From Pseudomonadota bacterium (lineage in GTDB: Bacteria; Pseudomonadota; Gammaproteobacteria; Steroidobacterales; Steroidobacteraceae), in assembly GCA_003242685.2 (NCBI GenBank), contig QGVD02000008.1:17427-81426 (forward strand): a stretch of DNA of 64,000 nt, read 5' to 3'. Shown here one piece after another: positions 9,692 to 17,421 of the stretch (the stretch's first letter is position 1; each line of letters starts with the position of its first letter). Position numbers and translations under genes: made by a program. The notes beneath the pieces were generated by a model. That model was not told the DNA's origin. It saw only the letters and a list, made by a program, of their open reading frames with translations, and made no database searches.

Positions 9692-10239
9692 ATCGCCTCC
9701 GAAGACTGCACGACTCCCGCGGACGCGGCAAGCCGCGCGCGGGCCCGGTGCAGCAGTGTCTTCACGGTGCCGACGGGCATCGCGAGCATCTCCGAGACCT
9801 CCTCGTGAGAGCGCTCGTCCATGTAGAAGAGGATCACGACCTGACGCTGCTTCTCGGGCAGCGAGTCGACGAGACGCAGCAGCGAGGCGCGATCGGCTGC
9901 CGCATCGTCAGGCACTTCGGCCGCCGACTCCTCGACCGCCTGCAGGACGAGCGGATCCTCGAGCGACGATTCCGTGCGCCGCGCCCTGAGGGCCGACACG
10001 CTCGCGTTGCGTGTGATGGTGTAGATCCAGGTGGAGAGCGATGCCCGGCCGTCGTAGCGCGGCAGCGCCCGCCACAGCCTGACGAACACTTCCTGCGCCA
10101 CGTCTTCCGCTGCATCGCGATCCCGCAGAAAGCTGAACGCGAGCGCAAAGACCCTGCGCCGGTACGCCTGGAGGAGCCGGGCGAGAGCTTCCTCCGGCCG
10201 TCCCGCCTTCAGGAGCTCGGCGATCTCGGTATCGGTCAT
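9688..10239 (-). CDS. ECF-family RNA polymerase sigma factor
   Basis: Region 2 DAAEDVAQEVFVRLWRALPRYDG...STWIYTITRN. Region 4 LPEKQRQVVILFYMDERSHEEVSEMLAMPVGTVKTLLHRAR. Confidence 0.9.
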   Translation of the reverse strand: MTDTEIAELLKAGRPEEALARLLQAYRRRVFALAFSFLRDRDAAEDVAQEVFVRLWRALPRYDGRASLSTWIYTITRNASVSALRARRTESSLEDPLVLQAVEESAAEVPDDAAADRASLLRLVDSLPEKQRQVVILFYMDERSHEEVSEMLAMPVGTVKTLLHRARARLAASAGVVQSSEAI

Positions 10240-10285
10240 CCGTTTACAGAATCCCGCCCGTCAGGCCTCGATGTCATCCACTTTC

Positions 10286-10313
10286 TACGCGCCGGCGGCC
10301 CGCAGGGTTTCAC
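10286..10313 (-). promoter_or_regulatory. candidate ECF-type promoter GTGAAACCC-N14-GCGTA upstream of the ECF sigma operon (autoregulation)
   Basis: TGAAAC-N17-CGTA ends 46 nt upstream of the sigma ATG. An identical motif with identical spacing lies on the opposite strand 21 bp away. Confidence 0.55.
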
Positions 10314-10334
10314 GTCGCCTGGATTTCATGCCGG

Positions 10335-10362
10335 GTGAAACCCGCGGTGCCCGGGGAGCGTA
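10335..10362 (+). promoter_or_regulatory. candidate ECF-type promoter GTGAAACCC-N14-GCGTA upstream of the divergent membrane-protein / repeat-protein genes
   Basis: Same 9-mer, same 14-nt spacer length and same GCGTA as the minus-strand copy. It ends 33 nt before ATG 10396. Confidence 0.55.
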
Positions 10363-10395
10363 TCAACGGGCACATCGACAATGCGAGGTGCTGTC

Positions 10396-10839
10396 ATGTA
10401 CGACGTGGTTCCCGTAATGGCGCTCATGATCCCGATTCTGGCCATCGTGCTCGGTGTGATCGTGGCGATTCTCGTAGTGGTCACGATGAATCGCCGCAAG
10501 CTCCGGGAGATCGAGCTCCGCCATACCGAGCGGATGGCGGCGATCGAAAAGGGCATCGAGCTGCCTCCGGATCCCGTGACCCACCAGCCCGAGCCGCCGC
10601 GCTCCCGTTACCTGCTGCGGGGGCTCGTGTGGCTGGGAGTGGGTGTGGCGATCGCGCTGGGTCTCGGCTCGATGGTCGGCGATGACGTCGCTGCGCTCGG
10701 ATGGATTCCTGCCGCCATCGGCGCCGCGTATCTGCTCTTCTACGTGATCGAGGCGCGGCGCAACCCGCAGGACGCGAACGGAAGACTGCCCGGCGCGAAC
10801 GATTCGTCCTCGTCGTCCGATCATCGCCAGGTGCAGTGA
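10396..10839 (+). CDS. small integral membrane protein of unknown function
   Basis: MYDVVPVMALMIPILAIVLGVIVAILVVV... plus two further hydrophobic segments. GAGGTG RBS lies 5 nt before ATG 10396 (ORF-track start 10381 is also possible). Confidence 0.6.
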   Translation: MYDVVPVMALMIPILAIVLGVIVAILVVVTMNRRKLREIELRHTERMAAIEKGIELPPDPVTHQPEPPRSRYLLRGLVWLGVGVAIALGLGSMVGDDVAALGWIPAAIGAAYLLFYVIEARRNPQDANGRLPGANDSSSSSDHRQVQ

Positions 10840-10888
10840 CGCGAATGCCCGTCGGAGCCCCGGCCACACATCCATCACGGAGGAAATC

Positions 10889-11551
10889 ATGATCCGTTAC
10901 GTGTTCATCGTGCTCTGCATCGCCGCGCCGCTCGCCCTGGCGGACTCCTCGACGAGCAGGGTCAATGGATCGATACACGTTGCGCCGAGCGAGCAGCACG
11001 GCGACGTGTCGACGGTGAACGGCGCGATCCGCATCGACGCCGACGCCGAGGCCGCCGACGTGCGGACCGTGAACGGCAGCATCACGCTCGGGGAACGCGC
11101 GGTGGCCCGCTCGGTGAGGACGGTCAACGGATCGATCACCCTGCGATCCGGGGCGCGGGTGTCCGGCGGCGTAAGGACGGTGAACGGTTCGATTTCGCTG
11201 GGCGAGGAGGCAACTGCCGGATCCTTGTCGAACGTCAACGGCACGATCCGCCTCGACCGGGCACACGTGCGTGGTGACGTCGAAACCGTATCCGGCGACA
11301 TCGACGTGGGCGCCGGTTCCCGGATCGACGGCGGCATCACCATTCACAAGCCCAGCGGGGGATGGTTCCGCTGGAGGGAGAGAACGCCACGAGTGGTGGT
11401 CGGCCCCGAAGCGGTCGTGAGCGGGACGCTGCGCTTCGAGCGCGAGGTGGAGCTCTACGTGAGCGACCGCGCCCGCATCGGGCCCGTGCAGGGGGCGGAG
11501 GCGATCCGCTTTCCGGGCGAGCGGCCGCCGGAGCACCAGCGTGTGCTATAA
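10889..11551 (+). CDS. secreted repeat protein, predicted beta-helix (DUF4097/'putative adhesin'-like)
   Basis: Signal peptide MIRYVFIVLCIAAPLALA. Seven repeats of x-TVNGSI-x-L spaced 18-19 residues apart. Confidence 0.7.
   Translation: MIRYVFIVLCIAAPLALADSSTSRVNGSIHVAPSEQHGDVSTVNGAIRIDADAEAADVRTVNGSITLGERAVARSVRTVNGSITLRSGARVSGGVRTVNGSISLGEEATAGSLSNVNGTIRLDRAHVRGDVETVSGDIDVGAGSRIDGGITIHKPSGGWFRWRERTPRVVVGPEAVVSGTLRFEREVELYVSDRARIGPVQGAEAIRFPGERPPEHQRVL
10955..11308 (+). repeat. seven tandem approx 54-nt coding repeats (VNG[SAT]I motif, 18-residue period)
   Basis: VNG at residues 25, 43, 61, 79, 98, 116 and VSG at 134 of the 220-aa protein. Confidence 0.7.
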
Positions 11552-11575
11552 GAGGTTCCGGGAGGAAGAAACACC

Positions 11576-12328
11576 GTGCCCGGAAAACTCGTACTCGTCC
11601 GCCACGGCCAGAGCATCTGGAACGTGGAGAACCTGTTCACCGGCTGGACCGACGTCGATCTGTCGGATCTCGGCCGCCGCGAAGCACAGACCGCGGGACG
11701 TCAGCTCCTCGAGGAGAAGATCGCGATCGACATCGCGTTCACCTCGGTCCTGAAGCGCGCGATCCGCACGCTGTGGATCATGCTCGACGAGATGGACCGC
11801 ATGTGGATTCCCGTCGAGCGGAGCTGGCGCCTGAACGAGCGCCACTACGGCGCGCTGCAGGGCCTCAACAAGGCCCAGACCGTGGAGAAGCACGGCGAGG
11901 CGCAGGTGAAGATCTGGCGCCGCAGCTACGACGTGCCGCCTCCGCCGCTCTCCGCCGACGATCCCCGGCATCCGCGCTTCGATCCGCGCTACGCGGGCGT
12001 CGACCCGGCGCTGCTGCCCGCTACCGAATCCCTGAAGGACACGCTCGCGCGCGTGCTGCCGTACTGGAACGAGCGCATCGCGCCGGAGCTGCGCGCGGGC
12101 CGCAACGTGCTCGTCGCGGCGCACGGCAACAGCCTGCGCGCTCTGGTGAAGATGCTCGATCAGATATCCGACGCCGACATCGTGGAGCTCAACATCCCGA
12201 CCGGCGTGCCGCGCGTGTACGAGCTCGACGACGAGCTGCGTCCGGTCTCGAGCCGCTATCTCGGCGATCCGGCCGCCATTGCCGCCGCCGCCGAAGCGGT
12301 TCGCCGTCAGACCGAGCGCCGCGCCTGA
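11576..12328 (+). CDS. gpmA: 2,3-bisphosphoglycerate-dependent phosphoglycerate mutase
   Basis: [41 protein letters not shown] start with GGAGGAAG RBS. Confidence 0.92.
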   Translation: MPGKLVLVRHGQSIWNVENLFTGWTDVDLSDLGRREAQTAGRQLLEEKIAIDIAFTSVLKRAIRTLWIMLDEMDRMWIPVERSWRLNERHYGALQGLNKAQTVEKHGEAQVKIWRRSYDVPPPPLSADDPRHPRFDPRYAGVDPALLPATESLKDTLARVLPYWNERIAPELRAGRNVLVAAHGNSLRALVKMLDQISDADIVELNIPTGVPRVYELDDELRPVSSRYLGDPAAIAAAAEAVRRQTERRA

Positions 12329-12368
12329 CCGTATCGCGCCTGAACGTGTAACGACCGCGGCCGGTCCG

Positions 12369-12791
12369 TCACGCCCCGCGCGGGACGACCGGCGCGGTCC
12401 AGCCGTCGTAGCGTCCGCCGTGCTCCTGTGCGAGGCGCGTGAAGCGCTGGCTGAGCTCGCGCATCTCGGTCAGCGTCAGCCGCAGCGACTTCGAGGCGTA
12501 GACGCTGTACGGATGCTCGACGCCGGAGCCCTCCCGCACCTCGACACTGAAGCCTTCCGCTTCGAGGCGCGCGCGGATCGTCTGCGCGCCCTCTTCCGTC
12601 GGCAGCGCGAAGAAGAAGTCCACTTCGTGGGGCTGGAAGGGATCGGAGCCCTGCGCGCGCAGGCGCTCGATCATGCGGAAATCCCAGTCGTCGTTGCTGT
12701 CGTCGTGCTTCCGCAGCGCCCGCACCTTCGTGACGATGCGCGCCACGGCGACCGCTCCGCCCGCGACGACGAGGATCAGAAACCAGTCCAT
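12369..12791 (-). CDS. RraB (regulator of ribonuclease activity B)-domain protein with N-terminal membrane anchor
   Basis: MDWFLILVVAGGAVAVARIV, then GSDPFQPHEVDFFFALPTEEGAQTIRARLEAEGFSVEV...YDGW, which resembles E. coli RraB. Confidence 0.55.
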   Translation of the reverse strand: MDWFLILVVAGGAVAVARIVTKVRALRKHDDSNDDWDFRMIERLRAQGSDPFQPHEVDFFFALPTEEGAQTIRARLEAEGFSVEVREGSGVEHPYSVYASKSLRLTLTEMRELSQRFTRLAQEHGGRYDGWTAPVVPRGA

Positions 12792-12843
12792 CTTCGTTCC
12801 GGCCCCCTTTCGCCGGTGCGGCCCCGGGGCAGCTCCGCCGCCA

Positions 12844-13158
12844 CTACTCGTCCGGCGCGATCGTCACGCGCAGCCCGTCCAGCGCGTCGGTGAACTCGAT
12901 CTGGCACGAGAGCCGCGAGTTGTCCTGATGATGGACGAGCTCCGAGAGCAGCTCGCGCTCGTCGGACATGGGCGCAGGGAGCTTGTCGATCCAGTCCGGG
13001 TCGACGTAGACGTGACACGTGGCGCACGAGCACATGCCGCCGCAGATGGCGGCGACGCCGTAGTCGAGCTCGCGAAGCACCTCCATGACCTTCTGGCCGC
13101 TCGTGGCCTGGACCTCGTGTTCAACCCCGTCCCGATCGATCACCCGCAGAACCGGCAT
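12844..13158 (-). CDS. 2Fe-2S ferredoxin, adrenodoxin/putidaredoxin type
   Basis: 104 aa from ATG 13158. Cys ligands CGGMCSCATCHV...LSCQ. The ORF-track start 13251 is an upstream extension. Confidence 0.85.
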   Translation of the reverse strand: MPVLRVIDRDGVEHEVQATSGQKVMEVLRELDYGVAAICGGMCSCATCHVYVDPDWIDKLPAPMSDERELLSELVHHQDNSRLSCQIEFTDALDGLRVTIAPDE

Positions 13159-13338
13159 GAGAAACCTACTCCTGAAACAACACTGCATCGCGCCCGCCGG
13201 ATCCTTGAGGCGTGGATCGAGGCGGTCCTCATCGAGCCCCGCTCGCGTCACGGGGCCGCGCGACGAAGCGCGCTAGTCTGCCGATCTTGCAAGCGTGGCG
13301 CTAGGGCATCCCGGGCTGCGCCGCCCGCTGCGGCCGCG

Positions 13339-14220
13339 CTAGAGGCGTTCGCGGAGCTCCCGTTCGGCTTCGAGGTCGCCGCTCCCGGCGGCCCCCGAGA
13401 TCCGCCGGCTGCGATGCCACAGATACGCCAGCAGGACGAAGAGCCAGCCCGCGAGCCGCAGCGATTCGGGCGTCGCGGCGCGCGCGAGTCCCGTCTCCTC
13501 CAATAGCAGACGGTCGAACCGCGCGGATTGCGGATAGTACGCATGGACACAGGCGAGATCGAACAGCGGATCCGCCACACCGGCGTATTCCCAGTCGATG
13601 AGGCGCGGCCGTTCCCATCCGATGACGTTCGAATGATGCAGGTCGTTGTGCACGATGCACGGCGTGCGCCCTTCGCCCTCGAGCGCATTCAGCACCGCGA
13701 GGGCGCGGGCGAGCAGCGCTTCGAGCTCGGCGGCCGCGGACGGCTCCGCCTGCACGATGCGCTCGACGTGGCGGCGCAGGATCGCAGCGGGATCGAACCG
13801 CGGGACGGCGGGCGGCGGCAGAGAATGGAGCACCTTCAGCGTTCCCGCGATGCGCGTGAGACAGGCGGGATCGGCGAAATCGCCGGGCTTCCAGGGACGG
13901 CCTTCCAGCAGCTCGGTGATCAGGAACGCACCGCCCGGGTCGGCGTAGACGAGTGCCGGGGCGAGGTCCGCGCGGGCCGCTGCCGCGTGCAGCCGTGCTT
14001 CGCGCGTGCGGTCGATGCCGAGCGCTGCCGGATCCTCACCGTGCAGACGAACGACGAACCGTCCCGCGGAGGTCACGACGCGCCACGTCGTGTTGACGGA
14101 ACCGCCGGAGCTTCGCGCGACCGCGATGGGCGGCTGGCCGCCCTCGCAGCCCGGGACTCGCTCCAGGACGTGCGGCGGGATCAGCTCGCGAGCGCCTGCG
14201 TGCGATAGATCCGCAGCCAC
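13339..14220 (-). CDS. thiamine-kinase-like phosphotransferase (choline/aminoglycoside kinase fold)
   Basis: HNDLHHSNV (HxDxxxxN) and IDWEYAG motifs. Last gene of the riboswitch-led operon. GTG 14220 is a guess. The ORF-track start 14676 overlaps pnuC-like and is rejected. Confidence 0.65.
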   Translation of the reverse strand: MAADLSHAGARELIPPHVLERVPGCEGGQPPIAVARSSGGSVNTTWRVVTSAGRFVVRLHGEDPAALGIDRTREARLHAAAARADLAPALVYADPGGAFLITELLEGRPWKPGDFADPACLTRIAGTLKVLHSLPPPAVPRFDPAAILRRHVERIVQAEPSAAAELEALLARALAVLNALEGEGRTPCIVHNDLHHSNVIGWERPRLIDWEYAGVADPLFDLACVHAYYPQSARFDRLLLEETGLARAATPESLRLAGWLFVLLAYLWHRSRRISGAAGSGDLEAERELRERL

Positions 14221-14783
14221 GTGAGAAATCCGGAGACGATGATTCCCAGGTAGATCACCATCAGCAGCGAGAGGAACACCAGACCCTGGGCGGCATACAG
14301 GAAAACGAGGATCGAGTCGATCACGAACCAGTACAGCCAGTTCTCGAGCTTCGAACGTGCGACGAGCCACGTCGTGAAGAGGCTGCCCCAGGTCGTGAAT
14401 GAATCGAGGAACGGCCACGCGGCCTGTGTCTCCCGCTCCAGCCACCAGGCACTGATCGCGCTCGCGGCCAGCAAGGCGAGAACCGCCACGGCATGCGCCC
14501 GCAGGGGCCAGGTGGTGACCGTCGGCGCCGCCGTCGCACGGTCCCGCGACCAGCGCCAGAACCCGTAGGCGGACATCACGACGTAGTAGGCGTGCAGCGC
14601 CGCCTGCATCGGCAGCTGCGCACGCGCCGTGACATAGACGACGATGGCGGAGCCCACGCCGCCCGCGACCCAGCACCAGCGGACGTGCCGCGCGGCGAGC
14701 ACCAGGTAGACGATGCCCAGCACCAGCGCGGCGGCGTCCAGCACGCTCGTCGCCGCGAGCGCTTCGAGGACCGCGTCGATCAC
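14181..14783 (-). CDS. PnuC-family transporter (thiamine-type PnuT inferred from context)
   Basis: 200-aa polytopic protein with W/Y-rich PnuC pattern (FWRWS..., NWLYWFVIDSILVFLY). ATGA overlap with the upstream gene at 14780-14783. Confidence 0.75.
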   Translation of the reverse strand: MIDAVLEALAATSVLDAAALVLGIVYLVLAARHVRWCWVAGGVGSAIVVYVTARAQLPMQAALHAYYVVMSAYGFWRWSRDRATAAPTVTTWPLRAHAVAVLALLAASAISAWWLERETQAAWPFLDSFTTWGSLFTTWLVARSKLENWLYWFVIDSILVFLYAAQGLVFLSLLMVIYLGIIVSGFLTWLRIYRTQALAS

Positions 14784-15049
14784 GCCGGCGCCATCGGACC
14801 GACGACCTTCATCACGAAGACGGCCTTGCCGTCACGTTCGAAGGTGGTCCGCATCTCCCGGCCGATGAGCTCCAGCACCGCCTCGCAGGGACCGAACACC
14901 TGCGTGCTCATGCTGTTCGTCACCACCCTGAAGCGCCCGTCCGCGTTGAGACGCTCGATGAAGCCGCGGATGGGCGGGAGGTACTCCGCGTTGAAGGGAT
15001 AGAGGCTGATCTCGACGCCGATTTCCATTGCGAGACTCCCGCGGCTCAT
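14780..15049 (-). CDS. YkoF/MTH1187-like small thiamine/HMP-binding protein
   Basis: MEIGVEISLYPFNAEYLPPIRGFIERL...NSMSTQVFGP...VFVMKVV. ATGA overlap with the receptor stop (15046-15049). Alternative ATG at 15028. Confidence 0.6.
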   Translation of the reverse strand: MSRGSLAMEIGVEISLYPFNAEYLPPIRGFIERLNADGRFRVVTNSMSTQVFGPCEAVLELIGREMRTTFERDGKAVFVMKVVGPMAPA

Positions 15050-17142
15050 CTGAAGGTGTAACGGATGGTGACGCCGAGCTGGCGCGGATCGCCGGGCTGC
15101 ACGTACCGCTTCGGCGCGAAGTCCGGCGGCTCGTTGCCGAAGAAGAATCCGCGCATGGCGTAGTCCTCGTCGAAGAGATTGCGCGCCCACGCATACGCGG
15201 ACCAGCGCTCGGTCTCGTATCCGAGCTTGAGGTGCACCAGCGTGAAGGCCTCGGAGCGCTCGTCGTGGCTGGCGTCGTAGTAGAAGTCGTCGACGCTCTG
15301 CACGTCGAGGCGCGCCACGAATCCGAGCGGATGGCGGTACTGAGCCGCGAAACCCAGCTGATACTGCGGAGCATGTGCCTGCTCCCTTCCGTGCAGATCG
15401 CGCTCCTGCTCGCCCGTGCCGTAGCGATAGCCGATGTAACGCGTCTCCAGCAGTCCCACGGTGCCGGCGAGCTCGAGCCGATCCGTCGCTCGCCAGGCGA
15501 GCGAGGCCTCGAGGCCGTAGTTCTCGCCGCGCGCCGCGTTGTCGGTGAAGAACACGAAAGACAGCGGATCGCCCGGTGTCACCTGGAAGGAGGTGTTCAC
15601 CTGCTGGTCCGTGCGGCGCATGTAGAAGAGCGCCGCATCGACGTCGAAGCGGCCGTCGGCGCTGCGCGCCTTGACGCCGGCTTCGAGATTCCACAGGTAC
15701 TCGGCGTCGAAGGTGCGGCGAGGCTCCGGCACGGACTGGCCGATGTTGAATCCGCCGGCCTTGTAACCGCGCGCGAACGTCGCGTAGAGGCTGCGCCGGT
15801 CGGCGGGCCGGTACTCGAGGGACACGTGACCGCCCACCATCGTCTCGCCCGGATCGAACGCGCTGCCGCGGTTGTCCTCGTACTCGGCTTCGCGATGCTC
15901 GAGACGCGCGCCGACCGAGAGAGTGAGACGCGGAGCGACGGCGATGTCCGTTTCACCGTAGAGCGCGTAGTTCGTCGCCGTGTAACGGCTCGAGAGCGGC
16001 GGCGGATCGAAGATCTCGCCGTTGAACGTCTGCAGCTCGTCGTTCGTCTCGCGCGCGTCGAGCACGTAGAGCCCCAGCACCCACGCGGCGCGGCCGCCGA
16101 TCTCCCCGCCCGGAGCGGAGACCAGGCGCAGGTCCTGACTCCAGGTGCGCCGCTCGCGCCACGTCGCGGCCGTGAAGTCGTATGGCGCGTAGATACCCCA
16201 GTCCGCGTCGTTCCCCCAGTCGCCGTCGAAGGAATAGACGATGTCTGAGTCGGCGGCCGTCGTCGTGCTCATGAGCACGAAACGCTCGAAACCGGAGTAT
16301 TCGAGTCGCAGCGCGAGGCCGCTCGAGCGCTGCGCATCGCGCCCGGGATCGTCCGAACGCGTGACGCGCGAGTTGTCGATGGCGAAAGCGTCGTAGCCGT
16401 TGTCGAGATCGACGTGCAGCGCCGTGAGCTCGACCTCGAGATCCTCGCGCGGAGCCCAGCCGAGCTTCGCCCGCAGCGTAGTCTCGTCGTAGCCGTTGGT
16501 GTCGTCGCGTCCGAGGAAGACGTTGCGGCGGAAACCGTCGCTGCGGTAGCGCTGTGCGACGACCCGAAACGCTGCCGTCTCACCGCCGCCGAGCGGACCG
16601 CCGAGCACACCGCCCGCGCCGTGCGTCCCGTACTCGCCCGCCGTCGCCTCGCCGCTCAGCTCGAACTGCGGACGAGGCTCGCGTGTCCGCACGCTCACGA
16701 GCCCGGCGAGCGCGTTGGCGCCGTAGGTGGTGCCCTGCGGCCCGCGGAGCACCTCGATCTGCTCCACGTCGAAGAGCGTCGCGGGCATGCCGATCCCCGA
16801 GAAATCGATGCCGTCGATGAGGAAGCCCACCGAATGGTTCGGCGCGCCCTGGAACTGCTCGAGCTCGCCGATGCCGCGAAGCTGGAAGTAGCGCGGGCGC
16901 GAGCTGCCCGCGGACCAGTTGAGGTTCGGCACCAGACCGAGAACGTCCTGGAAGTGCTGCACGCCGGCGAGCTCGATCGTCTCGCGCTCGATGACGCTGA
17001 CACTGGCCGGAAGACTCGCGAGCGGCTGCTCGCGCAGGCTGGCAGTGACTACGACTTCCTCGAGCGGCTCGTCGGCCCGCGACTCCGCACTCAGAACCGC
17101 AGCCGTCGCCGCGACGGCCGCGAAAACGACACGTGAACGCAT
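15046..17142 (-). CDS. TonB-dependent outer-membrane receptor
   Basis: Signal peptide MRSRVVFAAVAATAAVLSA, plug EVVVTAS...SVSVIE...PRYFQLRGIG, C-terminal ...TIRYTF. ATG 17142 sits 6 nt after GGGAGA (ORF-track TTG is 17148). Confidence 0.9.
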   Translation of the reverse strand: MRSRVVFAAVAATAAVLSAESRADEPLEEVVVTASLREQPLASLPASVSVIERETIELAGVQHFQDVLGLVPNLNWSAGSSRPRYFQLRGIGELEQFQGAPNHSVGFLIDGIDFSGIGMPATLFDVEQIEVLRGPQGTTYGANALAGLVSVRTREPRPQFELSGEATAGEYGTHGAGGVLGGPLGGGETAAFRVVAQRYRSDGFRRNVFLGRDDTNGYDETTLRAKLGWAPREDLEVELTALHVDLDNGYDAFAIDNSRVTRSDDPGRDAQRSSGLALRLEYSGFERFVLMSTTTAADSDIVYSFDGDWGNDADWGIYAPYDFTAATWRERRTWSQDLRLVSAPGGEIGGRAAWVLGLYVLDARETNDELQTFNGEIFDPPPLSSRYTATNYALYGETDIAVAPRLTLSVGARLEHREAEYEDNRGSAFDPGETMVGGHVSLEYRPADRRSLYATFARGYKAGGFNIGQSVPEPRRTFDAEYLWNLEAGVKARSADGRFDVDAALFYMRRTDQQVNTSFQVTPGDPLSFVFFTDNAARGENYGLEASLAWRATDRLELAGTVGLLETRYIGYRYGTGEQERDLHGREQAHAPQYQLGFAAQYRHPLGFVARLDVQSVDDFYYDASHDERSEAFTLVHLKLGYETERWSAYAWARNLFDEDYAMRGFFFGNEPPDFAPKRYVQPGDPRQLGVTIRYTFR

Positions 17143-17209
17143 CTGCAATCTCCCATCGAAGGACGAGGAGATCCGGTAGAGAACGCGCGAACGGAAGACG
17201 TGAAGACCA

Positions 17210-17307
17210 CCTGCTCCCTACGCCGGTACTAACCGGATCAGGTTCAACGGGTTCGCCGGCCACACCGGCATCTCAGGCCCTGCTGCGGGCCACCCCAAGG
17301 TCGCAGG
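17210..17307 (-). promoter_or_regulatory. TPP (THI-box) riboswitch aptamer
   Basis: Minus strand reads CCTGC..GGGGTGG..CCTGAGATG..AACCCGTTGAACCTGATCCGGTTAGTACCGGCGTAGGGA-GCAGG. All hallmark THI-element blocks are present and P1 is CCTGC/GCAGG. Confidence 0.9.
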
Positions 17308-17312
17308 GGCGT

Positions 17313-17340
17313 ATGTTAGGCGCGGCGCGCGACATTGCAA
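17313..17340 (-). promoter_or_regulatory. candidate sigma70 promoter TTGCAA-N16-TAACAT for the riboswitch-led operon
   Basis: The predicted start about 7 nt downstream of the -10 falls at the 5' edge of riboswitch P1. The -35 sits inside the palindrome GCGCGAC-ATTGCAA-GTCGCGC. Confidence 0.4.
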
Positions 17341-17421
17341 GTCGCGCCCCGTGTCGGCCGCACTCACGAAGCTCTAGAATCGGGCAATTCTCGGATACGC
17401 ACGCGAGCGGAAAGAAGAGCC

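Noticed and set aside
10955-11308. Regularly spaced DNA repeats, considered as a possible CRISPR-like array.
   Set aside because: The repeats are in-frame coding repeats (VNGSI motif) inside a signal-peptide protein. The 54-nt period has no spacer/repeat alternation and no cas genes are nearby.
13287-13300. Shared 12-mer GCAAGCGTGGCG here and at 26187-26198, both just downstream of a stop codon.
   Set aside because: Hundreds of chance 12-mer coincidences are expected in 64 kb on two strands at this GC content, and no extended similarity flanks the match.
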